The notes beneath the pieces were generated by a model, which saw only the letters and a list, made by a program, of their open reading frames with translations, was not told the origin of the DNA and did no database searches. The translations under genes were made by a program, and so were the position numbers. This document shows, piece after piece, positions 32,143-40,497 of a stretch of DNA of 64,000 bases. How positions within the stretch are numbered: the stretch's first letter is position 1; every line of letters starts with the position of its first letter. The DNA comes from Candidatus Omnitrophota bacterium (GTDB lineage: Bacteria; Omnitrophota; Gorgyraeia; Gygaellales; Profunditerraquicolaceae): NCBI GenBank assembly GCA_026387335.1, contig JAPLLX010000002.1, positions 13,326 to 77,325 of the forward strand, given 5' to 3'.

Positions 32143-32171
32143 ACACCCGGCCCTATCGGATGGGCCGGTGT
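32143..32171. repeat. Conserved hairpin D copy 1 (ACACCCGGCCC-TATCGGAT-GGGCCGGTGT), possible operon-end terminator
   Basis: 7-bp GC stem with an 8-nt loop immediately after the SDR stop. A covarying copy is at 62428-62455. Confidence 0.5.
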
Positions 32172-32199
32172 TGTCCTGGTGGACAAAAGGAGAGAACTG

Positions 32200-32805
32200 A
32201 TGAAAAGAATGATTTTGGCGGTAGTACTATTCTTAAGCGTTACAGGAATATGCTTAGCGGCTGAGAATTTATTGATTGATGATTTTGAGGTAGCTGTCTC
32301 CGGAGGCCTGGAAGGAACAGTTGACTTTGGCGCTGGTAACGGTTCATCCGTAAATGTAACCGCAGCTACGGATATTAAAAATACGGGAAAGCAGTCTTTA
32401 AAAGTTGACTATGATGCTGTCCCCGGAGGATATATCTATGTTGCCAAAGGTAAGGGCCTAGATGCCAAGAATACTGAGTGGCTAGTTAAGCCTGAAGATA
32501 TTAAGTGGGAAGATTATAAGGCGTTCTCATTCTATATGTATGGCACGGATTCTAAAGCTAGGATAGCTTTTGACATTAAAGACAACGGAGATGAGCTTTG
32601 GCGTTTTGTGGTCGAGGATAATTTTAATGGCTGGAAGCAGATTGTCTGCGACTTTGATAAATTCTTAGTCCGTGACGACTGGCAGCCTAACAGTTCCGAT
32701 AAAAACGCGAAAATTGATTTTCCGATAAAGATCTTTCAGCTTGAGCCGTTGCCTGCGTCAAAAGGCACGCTTTATTTTGATACCGTAGAATTGGTTAAAA
32801 AATGA
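32200..32805 (+). CDS. Secreted beta-sandwich protein (carbohydrate-binding-module-like), hypothetical
   Basis: Signal peptide MKRMILAVVLFLSVTGICLA after an AGGAGA RBS. The rest is Gly/Asp/aromatic-rich, consistent with a beta-sandwich. No confident family. Confidence 0.3.
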   Translation: MKRMILAVVLFLSVTGICLAAENLLIDDFEVAVSGGLEGTVDFGAGNGSSVNVTAATDIKNTGKQSLKVDYDAVPGGYIYVAKGKGLDAKNTEWLVKPEDIKWEDYKAFSFYMYGTDSKARIAFDIKDNGDELWRFVVEDNFNGWKQIVCDFDKFLVRDDWQPNSSDKNAKIDFPIKIFQLEPLPASKGTLYFDTVELVKK

Positions 32806-33197
32806 TGAACAAACTGGATTTAAAAAATTTGAAAAAACGCTACCTCATCTGGTTTTATAAAACTACCAGAGAGGCGCTGGATAAAATTGAACGCAAATTT
32901 ACGCAAAGCGAAATCGACCGCTTTATCTTAAAAGAGCTTAAAAGAGCTGATAAGGAGAAAGCCGCCGAATCTTTTATCGCCCAATTTGAGGAGTATATCC
33001 GGAAAAAAGAACAGGATGGGTTGAGCTTAAAATTTGAGAATAAAAAGCCAAAGCCGCATTATGTATTCCTGGTTTTAAAGCTGGAGGCGATCCAGAAGGC
33101 TATCGTGAAGGAATTAGGGAAAAAAGCGCTGGAAGAGATAAAGTTACTTTATGAAATAGAGATGACTGAGCGTATATTAAGGAATACGGAACACTAA
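32802..33197 (+). CDS. Hypothetical protein (charged, helical)
   Basis: ORF with 4-nt overlap to its neighbour; no motif recognised. Confidence 0.25.
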   Translation: MMNKLDLKNLKKRYLIWFYKTTREALDKIERKFTQSEIDRFILKELKRADKEKAAESFIAQFEEYIRKKEQDGLSLKFENKKPKPHYVFLVLKLEAIQKAIVKELGKKALEEIKLLYEIEMTERILRNTEH

Positions 33198-33198
33198 A

Positions 33199-34107
33199 AT
33201 GATTATTGACAGCCATAGCCATTGGTTGCCGGAAGGCATAATCAACAACGCTCATTTTTATCATAAGGGTTGGGGTGATATTGAGGCTCAACTTAAGATG
33301 ATGGATGAGGCAGGAATTGATAAGGCGGTTTTGTCATATCCGACAACCGACGCGCACCTAAAGTTGGGCAGTATATCCGAAGTCGTGCGCATATTTAATG
33401 ACCATGTCGGCAAAATCATTCAAATTTATCCGGATAGGTTTATCGGCGCGGCGATCCTCCCGATAGATCACCAACCGGATATGCTTAAAGAGCTAAAACG
33501 CGCGACCGAAGAATTAGGTTTTAAGGCCGTGTCTCTAGCGACCAGTTACGCCGGAATTTATTTGGACGACGCAAGATTCCTGGAAGTATACAAGATCGCG
33601 CAAAGCCAAAACTTGCCGATTTTTGTACACTCACAGATTGTAAAACCGATAGGCAGCGAGCGCGTAGAGGACCCGTTGCTTACGCCGGTGATTGAATATG
33701 TCTTTGATACGACGATGTGCATAGGCAAACTCTTAATGGCGGATATTTTACGCGATTATAAAGTGAAATTTATCTTTGGTTACTTTGGCGGAGTAACGCC
33801 ATTCCTGGCGAATAGATTTGACGCGACCTATCAGATGCTGCGAGGAATGAATTTTGTTAAGGATTTAGGAGCTAACCCCAGCGAATACTTAAAAAATATT
33901 TATGTGGATACCAGCGGAGATAAGACGCAAGCGAATTTCTCGGCGGCGCTGGAATTATTAGGGCCCAAGCATATTTTATGGGGGAGCGACTGGCCGGCGA
34001 AGAAAGACATCGCTACAGGAATCCAAGCAGTCAAAAACTTAGCAATATCCGATGCGGATAAAAATAATATTTTAGGCGGTAATTTAGCTAGTATATTAGC
34101 TCTTTAA
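33199..34107 (+). CDS. Amidohydrolase-2 family (PF04909) metal-dependent hydrolase/decarboxylase
   Basis: N-terminal IIDSHSHWLPEG (HxH metal ligands); TIM-barrel length; the ...WGSDWP Asp near the C-terminus. Confidence 0.65.
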   Translation: MIIDSHSHWLPEGIINNAHFYHKGWGDIEAQLKMMDEAGIDKAVLSYPTTDAHLKLGSISEVVRIFNDHVGKIIQIYPDRFIGAAILPIDHQPDMLKELKRATEELGFKAVSLATSYAGIYLDDARFLEVYKIAQSQNLPIFVHSQIVKPIGSERVEDPLLTPVIEYVFDTTMCIGKLLMADILRDYKVKFIFGYFGGVTPFLANRFDATYQMLRGMNFVKDLGANPSEYLKNIYVDTSGDKTQANFSAALELLGPKHILWGSDWPAKKDIATGIQAVKNLAISDADKNNILGGNLASILAL

Positions 34108-34121
34108 TACTGTTATTTGAT

Positions 34122-34300
34122 ATTTCGCCTGCGGGTATTGTTCGCGCACGAAAATTTTCGCCGAGTGCTTCGGCTTACGACTCACTCCCGGAAGGACTTA
34201 CGCTAGGAAGAATTCCTCCGTTCGTCGTAATTCCTCGCACTCTTTTGCCGAAAATTTTCTAATTGTGCGCTTCACAACACCCTCCGGTAAAATATCTATA
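34122..34300. repeat. Repeat family C copy 1 (about 180 bp element with imperfect terminal inverted repeats)
   Basis: GGGTATTGTTCGCGCACGAAAATTTTCGCC ... GCCGAAAATTTTCTAATTGTGCGCTTCACAACACCC. Highly similar to 62184-62382. Confidence 0.75.
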
Positions 34301-34395
34301 ATCAATAGAATATAGGGAAACGGCTCTAAGAGTTTCCGCTTAAGTTTGAGTCCCCGTAGGGATATAAAGGTTGGTAATTAAGAATAGGAGGCTGA

Positions 34396-34983
34396 TTGAT
34401 GAACACAGAAGTTAAAAAGAACATAGGTATGGGTGTTGTAATAGGTATTATTGTTTTCAGTATATGCTATTTGTTAGTACAGCCAATGTTAAACTTTATA
34501 ACTCCTAAATTCCTTAATTTAATCGCAAAATGCTTCTCTTTTCTTTCTAACGCAATATATGCGAATGCCGCCTACAGAAACACAAATAGCTACGATTCCT
34601 TTCTTTTTACTTTTCTTATGGAATCTTTTGCTTTTGTTTTTCTGATTGCATTAGCACTATCTTTTATAACTAAAGATAGATTCAGGAAATTCGTTGGAAA
34701 TCTTCCAGAACCCAAACTATGGCCCATACGGATTGTTTGTATAATTGCGTTTCTATTGATTGGAATAATGTCAATAGTAGAATACTCTAATGATTACTTG
34801 AATCTGCGATTTTCCCATAAAGTTACAATTATCGCTCCCTATTTATCTAATCAAGCAGAAAAAGAATTACTGGCGCAATGGGCTTTAATGAAGAATAAAA
34901 AAGATTATGAAAGTTTGGATAATTTGCTCAAAAATTATGCGCAAGCAAATAATATAAAAGAACCAAAAAGTCTATGGAAATAA
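34396..34983 (+). CDS. Hypothetical polytopic membrane protein, AT-rich (likely acquired)
   Basis: Four hydrophobic helices; GGAGG RBS; GC content is visibly lower than the neighbours. Confidence 0.3.
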   Translation: MMNTEVKKNIGMGVVIGIIVFSICYLLVQPMLNFITPKFLNLIAKCFSFLSNAIYANAAYRNTNSYDSFLFTFLMESFAFVFLIALALSFITKDRFRKFVGNLPEPKLWPIRIVCIIAFLLIGIMSIVEYSNDYLNLRFSHKVTIIAPYLSNQAEKELLAQWALMKNKKDYESLDNLLKNYAQANNIKEPKSLWK

Positions 34984-35003
34984 AGGTGATAATTCTATTT
35001 TAG

Positions 35004-35112
35004 CGGGTGACACGGTGACGGATTCCTTACTTTCCCGCAGGGCGAATGCCCGAGGACAAAGTAAGGTGGCACCGTGGCAGGACCCGCTGAATCAGGCGGG
35101 CTAGAGCAAGCG
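35004..35112 (+). ncRNA. Structured 5' leader (candidate riboswitch or cis-regulatory RNA) upstream of the salvage operon
   Basis: Nested complementary segments: GCGGGTG...CACCCGC (outer), CACGGTG/CACCGTG, CTTACTTT/AAAGTAAG, GGGCG/CGCCC. Class not identified. Confidence 0.3.
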
Positions 35113-35145
35113 TAAGGGTATAATAAAAATAAAGGAGAATCCAAT

Positions 35146-35895
35146 ATGCAGATGGTTAAGGATATACATTTAACAGGTAAGGACTTGACGGATATGGTGC
35201 AGTTGAGGCCACAGGACGTAGGCAAATACGCGATTGTCCCCGGCCCAAAAGACAGGCTGGAGACCTTAATCAAGAAAATTGAAAATCCGGTGCGGAATTT
35301 TTCATTTATGGAATACACGATGTACACCGGGACATTTGAAGGGATAAAGCTTAGCGCGATTAACGGCGGAAGGTTCTCCACCGATACTTCCATCACGACT
35401 GAGGTAATGTGCAACGCGAAAATTGAGAATATAATCCGCGTAGGAACCGCCGGCAGCCTGGACGAGAATATAAAAGTAGGGGATTTATTCGTGGTAGATG
35501 AAGTAATCCGCGGCGATGGAGTTACCCCTTATTATGTAAATAAAGATTTTAAAACTGTCGCGGATAAGAAAATTTCCGATACGCTTTATCAGGTTGGTAA
35601 AGATATGGGCTTGACTATCCATCGCGGCAAGGCCTGGACAACGGATGCGCTCTTACGCGAGACCAGAGAAATCGTGGAAGCCAAGCGTAAAGAGGGAGCA
35701 AGAGTAGTAGATATGGTTTCTTCAACCTTATTAACTATCGCGCAAACTTATAATATCAAGGCCGGTTCAATTTTAGCGGTCAGTGATAATGTCGTAACCG
35801 GTGAAATGGGCTTTATGAATCCTTTATATTATATGGCGGAGTCTAATATCTTAAAGATAGCCTTGGAAGCAGTTAAAAAATTAGAGGGAAAATGA
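35146..35895 (+). CDS. PNP/UDP-family nucleoside phosphorylase (candidate 5'-deoxyadenosine / MTA phosphorylase)
   Basis: Uridine/purine phosphorylase fold signatures: ...YTGTFEGIKLSAINGG...RVGTAGSL...GDLFVVDEVIRGDG. Confidence 0.7.
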   Translation: MQMVKDIHLTGKDLTDMVQLRPQDVGKYAIVPGPKDRLETLIKKIENPVRNFSFMEYTMYTGTFEGIKLSAINGGRFSTDTSITTEVMCNAKIENIIRVGTAGSLDENIKVGDLFVVDEVIRGDGVTPYYVNKDFKTVADKKISDTLYQVGKDMGLTIHRGKAWTTDALLRETREIVEAKRKEGARVVDMVSSTLLTIAQTYNIKAGSILAVSDNVVTGEMGFMNPLYYMAESNILKIALEAVKKLEGK

Positions 35896-36818
35896 AATTT
35901 TCTCCATTATTTTGGCCGATCCAGTTTAAGAACGGCATAATTTATATTCTTGACGAAACTCTTCTGCCCCAGAAACTTGCTTATATAAAGGCCAGGAATT
36001 ATAAAGAGGCCTGTCGCGCTATCAAAGAGATGAAGACTCGGGCTGTAGGCCAAGTGCTCCTGGTGATGTATATTTTTCTGCAGTTGGTTAAACAAAAAAA
36101 ACAAAAAGATTTAGTTAAGGTTGCTAAAGTCGTAAATGCTACTCGTCCGACTCTCTCTTTTAAATTTTTAACCGATATGGTTTTAGGTTGGGCAAAGAGC
36201 AGGGTCCCTTTAGAAAAATGCATTCTGGGATTCCTGGAAGGCTTGAAATGCAGCCGTATCAGGCAGGCAGAAGAGGCCTCCAAATTAATTAAAAACGGGG
36301 ATGTAATACTTACGCATTGCAATATCAGCGGGCTGATGCCTTTAATAGCTGAATTTTGCGCTAGAGAAGGCAAAGGAGTAAAATTTTTCGCGACGGAAAC
36401 CCGGCCATATCTACAAGGTTCGCGCTTAACTGCCTGGGAATTAAAACGGCAGGGTTTTGACGTGACCTTGATTACCGACGGGATGGTGGCCGCGGTTATG
36501 TCTCAAGGGAAAGTGAATAAGGTTATTGTCGGAGCCGACCATTTAGCCCAAAACGGCGACATTGCCAATAAAATCGGCACTTACGCTATAGCGGTGTTAG
36601 CCCGGCATTTTAAGATACCTTTTTATGTTTTATGCCCGCCGGCTTCAGGGTTAAAAAGCGGGAAAGATATTAAGATCGAGATACGTCCGGATAAAGAAAT
36701 GTTAGAGTATCAGGGCTTGCGCCTGGCGCCCAAAGGGGTAAAAGGATATTACCCGGCATTTGATGTTACTCCTAATGGATTAATTACTAAACATATACCT
36801 TTGGAGATTAAAAGATGA
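35892..36818 (+). CDS. MtnA/eIF-2B family sugar-phosphate isomerase (5-(methylthio/deoxy)ribose-1-phosphate isomerase-like)
   Basis: eIF-2B alpha/beta/delta family pattern: ...VIVGADHLAQNGDIANKIGTYAIAVLARHFKIPFYV. Confidence 0.7.
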   Translation: MKFSPLFWPIQFKNGIIYILDETLLPQKLAYIKARNYKEACRAIKEMKTRAVGQVLLVMYIFLQLVKQKKQKDLVKVAKVVNATRPTLSFKFLTDMVLGWAKSRVPLEKCILGFLEGLKCSRIRQAEEASKLIKNGDVILTHCNISGLMPLIAEFCAREGKGVKFFATETRPYLQGSRLTAWELKRQGFDVTLITDGMVAAVMSQGKVNKVIVGADHLAQNGDIANKIGTYAIAVLARHFKIPFYVLCPPASGLKSGKDIKIEIRPDKEMLEYQGLRLAPKGVKGYYPAFDVTPNGLITKHIPLEIKR

Positions 36819-37816
36819 TTTTCGGTAAAGAGCGAAAGATAAAAAATGAAATAATTAAAGTTGGGAAACGGCTTTATCAAACCGGCCTGACTGTGGCTAA
36901 ATCCGGGAACTTAAGCGCAAGGCTGGATAATGAGAATATCCTTATCACGGCTACCGGGACATCTCTGGGAAATCTAAAATATAAAGATATCGTGAAAGTT
37001 AATTGGCAATCCGGCGAAACACGCGGTGGAATCAAGCCCAGTTCGGAGCTGCCTTTACATATTTTGGTTTATAAAAACTTCGGCGCCCGGGCAGTTATCC
37101 ACGCTCACCCGTCTTTAATCAACGGGTATTTCGCGGTTACCTCGGATTTAAAGGCTTTAACTTTTGAGACTAAATTTTATCTTGGCAATGTTCCGGTAAT
37201 CGAACAGGATACGCCTACTGTGACTAAGCCTGAAGCGGTAATAAGCGCGTTAAAGGTAAATAATCTGGTCGTCCTTAAGAATCACGGCATAGTCGCTATC
37301 GCGGATAAATTTTGCGACGGCCTGAATCTGGCCGAAGCGTTAGAAGAGGCTGTGCGCTCTCTGGCAGTTGCCAGAATATTTGATAAAAGCGTGCTTGATG
37401 ATTTGGATAAAGCGCTAAAGCAGGAGCTTACGCAGAACGCCCGCTTACCCATGTTTTCTAAAGACCATATCCAGGCGATTGTAGATCTGGTAAATAAGGA
37501 TGAATTCATCGCTCAAAAAGGGAGAGAGTTGGATTTGACGCTGAAACTTGCCATAAAATTAGACGGGAGCGATAAGGCCTATAAATTTAATTTTGAAAAA
37601 GGTAAAATCATAAGATTGGATTTTGACGCTGACGCGCCATTTGTAATTTCAGCTCCTGCCGAGGTTTGGGAACAGGTTTTTTTAGGAAAACTTGATTGTT
37701 TCGTGGCGGTTACACAGGGAAAGATGAAGCTATCCGGCCAGTTGGGGCAGCTCTCTAAGTGGTATGTGCCTTTTACCCGGCTGTTCGGGATATTTAAGGA
37801 AGTAAAAATAAAATGA
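36815..37816 (+). CDS. Class II aldolase/adducin-family enzyme fused to a C-terminal SCP2-like domain (MtnB/fuculose-P-aldolase-like)
   Basis: The N-domain GLTVAKSGNLSARLD and HAHPS metal-binding His are typical of class II aldolases. The C-terminal about 100 aa ...FNFEKGKIIRLDFDA...GKMKLSGQLG resembles SCP2 sterol-carrier domains. Confidence 0.65.
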   Translation: MIFGKERKIKNEIIKVGKRLYQTGLTVAKSGNLSARLDNENILITATGTSLGNLKYKDIVKVNWQSGETRGGIKPSSELPLHILVYKNFGARAVIHAHPSLINGYFAVTSDLKALTFETKFYLGNVPVIEQDTPTVTKPEAVISALKVNNLVVLKNHGIVAIADKFCDGLNLAEALEEAVRSLAVARIFDKSVLDDLDKALKQELTQNARLPMFSKDHIQAIVDLVNKDEFIAQKGRELDLTLKLAIKLDGSDKAYKFNFEKGKIIRLDFDADAPFVISAPAEVWEQVFLGKLDCFVAVTQGKMKLSGQLGQLSKWYVPFTRLFGIFKEVKIK

Positions 37817-39300
37817 TCCAAAGTTATCCGCTGTACATAAATGGAAAATTTATCGAAACCAAAGAAAAGCAGAGCATTATTAATCCTTCAACTGGGAAGG
37901 TGATCGCTGAGGCCTCGCTTGCCTCCTTAAAAGAGGTAGAGTTAGCGTTAGATAGCGCGCGTTCCGCTTTTGATAAAGGAGAGTGGTCGCGGTTACCATC
38001 GGAGCAGCGAAAGAAATTTATTTCCCGGATTGCCCAGGGTATCTTAGATAATGCGGGAGAGCTAGCGGAATTAGAGAGCGTTAATACCGGAAAGCCGATC
38101 AAGGAAACTACTTTTATGGATATTCCTTCAGCGGCCAAGGCCTTTGAGTACGCGGCTAATAATTTTGAAAGTTTCTTAACGGCTGAAGATTTAAAAATAT
38201 CTGAAGAGGCAAAAGCAAATTTACGCCGCGAGCCAGTCGGGGTGGTAGTTTTGATCATCCCCTGGAATTACCCGCTTTTAATCGCCTGTTGGAAGTTAGC
38301 CTCGGCTTTAGCCGCCGGTAACACTGTGGTATTAAAACCTTCCAGCCTTACTCCTTTAAGCGCCCTTAAATTGGCGCAGATCCTCCATGAGGCAGCTCTT
38401 CCTGCGGGAGTAGTAAATGTGATTAACGGAAGCGGCCCGAAAATCGGCGAAGTCCTATGTAGCGATAAAAGAGTGGATATGGTCTCTTTTACCGGAAGCA
38501 ATGAGACAGGCAGGCAGATCTTAGAGTATTCCTCCGCAAATATTAAGAAATCGATTATGGAGTTGGGTGGTAAAAGCGCGAGTTTAATTTTTAGCGATTG
38601 CGATATAGATACCGTGGTAAATAGTTCGCTTTGCTCAATATTCCTCAACCAGGGCCAGATGTGCACAGCTATGTCGCGTATATTTATCCAGGATAAAATA
38701 TATGATAAATTTGTGGCTAGTTTCGTCCAAAAGGCCAAAGCCTTAAAGCTGGGGGTGGCCCAAGCCCATGAGACTCAAATGGGGCCGTTAATCAGCGATA
38801 GCCAGCGGAAAAAAGTTATTGCCTATATTGAAAAAGCCCGGGCCGAGGGCGCGAAAATATTATGCGGCGGAAAAATTCCGCAAAATCCGGAACTAAAAAA
38901 CGGGTATTTCTTTGAGCCAACGGTTATGGCTAATGTCAGCGCGCATATGCATATTTTTAGAGAAGAGGTATTTGGCCCGGTTGCTATTGTGGGTAAGTTT
39001 TCCGACGCTAACCAAGCCGTAGAGTTGGCTAACGCCAGCGATTTTGGCCTGGCCTCCTGCATCTGGACTAAAGACACTGCTTTTGCCCAAAATTTAGCCG
39101 AACAAATTAATTCCGGGGTCGTCTGGATAAACACTTACGGAATGTTTTATAATCAGCTTCCTTACGGCGGGTTTAAGAGAAGCGGTTTTGGCAAGGAATT
39201 GGGCAGGGAGGGGTTCTTAGAATACACCCGGCTTAAGAATATAGTTATTGACCAGTCACTAGACAATAAGCCCTTGGTTAGCCACTGGTATGGATTTTAA
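37813..39300 (+). CDS. NAD(P)+ aldehyde dehydrogenase
   Basis: Catalytic Cys in NQGQMCTAMSRIF, general-base Glu in MELGGKSA, GSxxTG cofactor motif FTGSNETG. Confidence 0.9.
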   Translation: MIQSYPLYINGKFIETKEKQSIINPSTGKVIAEASLASLKEVELALDSARSAFDKGEWSRLPSEQRKKFISRIAQGILDNAGELAELESVNTGKPIKETTFMDIPSAAKAFEYAANNFESFLTAEDLKISEEAKANLRREPVGVVVLIIPWNYPLLIACWKLASALAAGNTVVLKPSSLTPLSALKLAQILHEAALPAGVVNVINGSGPKIGEVLCSDKRVDMVSFTGSNETGRQILEYSSANIKKSIMELGGKSASLIFSDCDIDTVVNSSLCSIFLNQGQMCTAMSRIFIQDKIYDKFVASFVQKAKALKLGVAQAHETQMGPLISDSQRKKVIAYIEKARAEGAKILCGGKIPQNPELKNGYFFEPTVMANVSAHMHIFREEVFGPVAIVGKFSDANQAVELANASDFGLASCIWTKDTAFAQNLAEQINSGVVWINTYGMFYNQLPYGGFKRSGFGKELGREGFLEYTRLKNIVIDQSLDNKPLVSHWYGF

Positions 39301-39303
39301 ATA

Positions 39304-40023
39304 ATGAGAGTTGTCTTATCTATATTATTTTGGATAGGTAGCACCGTAATAACAATAATATTATTTTGCGTTGTTTTTGTTGTCGTTATAACCACCTTTC
39401 CTTTTGATAAAAAAAGGAAGATCGCCCACGCCCAGTGTTTCTGGTGGTCGTCCTGCGTTCTCAAGATGAATCCGTTCTGGAGATTAAGCGTCAAGGGGCT
39501 AGAGAATATTGACCGGAATAAAACCTACGTGATCATCGCCAATCATCAGAGCATGGCCGATATAGCCGTGCTTTATAAGACCCATATGCAGTTTAAGTGG
39601 GTCGCTAAAGACGGCCTTTTTAAAGTTCCTTTTATCGGATGGTGTCTCTCTCTAACTAAACATATAAGTTTAGAGCGCGGGGAGTTCGCCAGTATAAAAA
39701 AAGTTTACCGGGAAGCGGCCCAGTGGCTGCGTAAAGATATGTCGGTATTATTTTTCCCTGAAGGCACCCGCAGCGATACGGATAAAATGAACGTTTTCCA
39801 AAACGGCGCCTTTAAGCTGGCGATAAAAGAAAAGAAACCCGTGCTTCCTATCCGTATTAGCGGTACCCGCGACGCTATCTCTAAAGGGAGTTGGGTATTT
39901 AAAACAAAAGTTTCTACGACTATTACTGTATTGCCGGCTATTGATACGAGTTCATTAAACCCGGGCGATTTCGCTAGTTTACGGAATGCGGTTTTTAACA
40001 AAATAGCAGGAGGCGCGTTATGA
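39304..40023 (+). CDS. plsC: 1-acyl-sn-glycerol-3-phosphate acyltransferase (PlsC/LPLAT family)
   Basis: HxxxxD motif IIANHQSMAD, FPEGTRS block, N-terminal TM helix. Confidence 0.8.
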   Translation: MRVVLSILFWIGSTVITIILFCVVFVVVITTFPFDKKRKIAHAQCFWWSSCVLKMNPFWRLSVKGLENIDRNKTYVIIANHQSMADIAVLYKTHMQFKWVAKDGLFKVPFIGWCLSLTKHISLERGEFASIKKVYREAAQWLRKDMSVLFFPEGTRSDTDKMNVFQNGAFKLAIKEKKPVLPIRISGTRDAISKGSWVFKTKVSTTITVLPAIDTSSLNPGDFASLRNAVFNKIAGGAL

Positions 40024-40442
40024 AAAACAGGTTTTTAATCCTAGGCTTGAGTATTTTAGGCGCGTTGTTAATATTTGATACCGGATACCTTATCGGCAGG
40101 GGTGAGCAAATAGAGCAGGCCAAAAGGACGCTCGAAAAAAGGAGGAGCTTTTTTGTCTGCGCGATGACCTCCAAAGAAACGGATCGCGCGATTATAATGA
40201 CTATTAACCTTCCGGGTTTAGATAAAAAAGATATCAATCTTGAGGTTAGGGGCAGGTATCTGACCATTCAGGTGAAAAAGAGTAAAGAAACTAATTTTGT
40301 GCAGATTATCACCTTGCCTCAAGATATAAAGGCTCAAAAAATAAGCGCCGAGTACGATGAAGATACCCTGAGGATTACTATACCTAAGGCCAAAGCGGCA
40401 AATACCAAGGCGCTTTCAGTAATCAAGGTCCCCTTAAGATAA
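40020..40442 (+). CDS. Hsp20/alpha-crystallin domain protein with N-terminal membrane anchor
   Basis: ACD-like beta-strand pattern ...INLPGLDKKDINLEVRGRYLTIQ...AEYDEDTLRITIPK, and an N-terminal TM helix. Confidence 0.5.
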   Translation: MKNRFLILGLSILGALLIFDTGYLIGRGEQIEQAKRTLEKRRSFFVCAMTSKETDRAIIMTINLPGLDKKDINLEVRGRYLTIQVKKSKETNFVQIITLPQDIKAQKISAEYDEDTLRITIPKAKAANTKALSVIKVPLR

Positions 40443-40497
40443 CCCAGGAGAAATTTCTAATTGAACAAGCCCGGATTTAGTAGTAAAATACAGGGCA

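Noticed and set aside
35004-35112. Leader as a ZTP (pfl) riboswitch
   Set aside because: A CCGCCTGA-like block appears only on the reverse complement and would regulate nothing on the minus strand. The plus-strand sequence lacks the pfl consensus as I remember it. The class is left unassigned.
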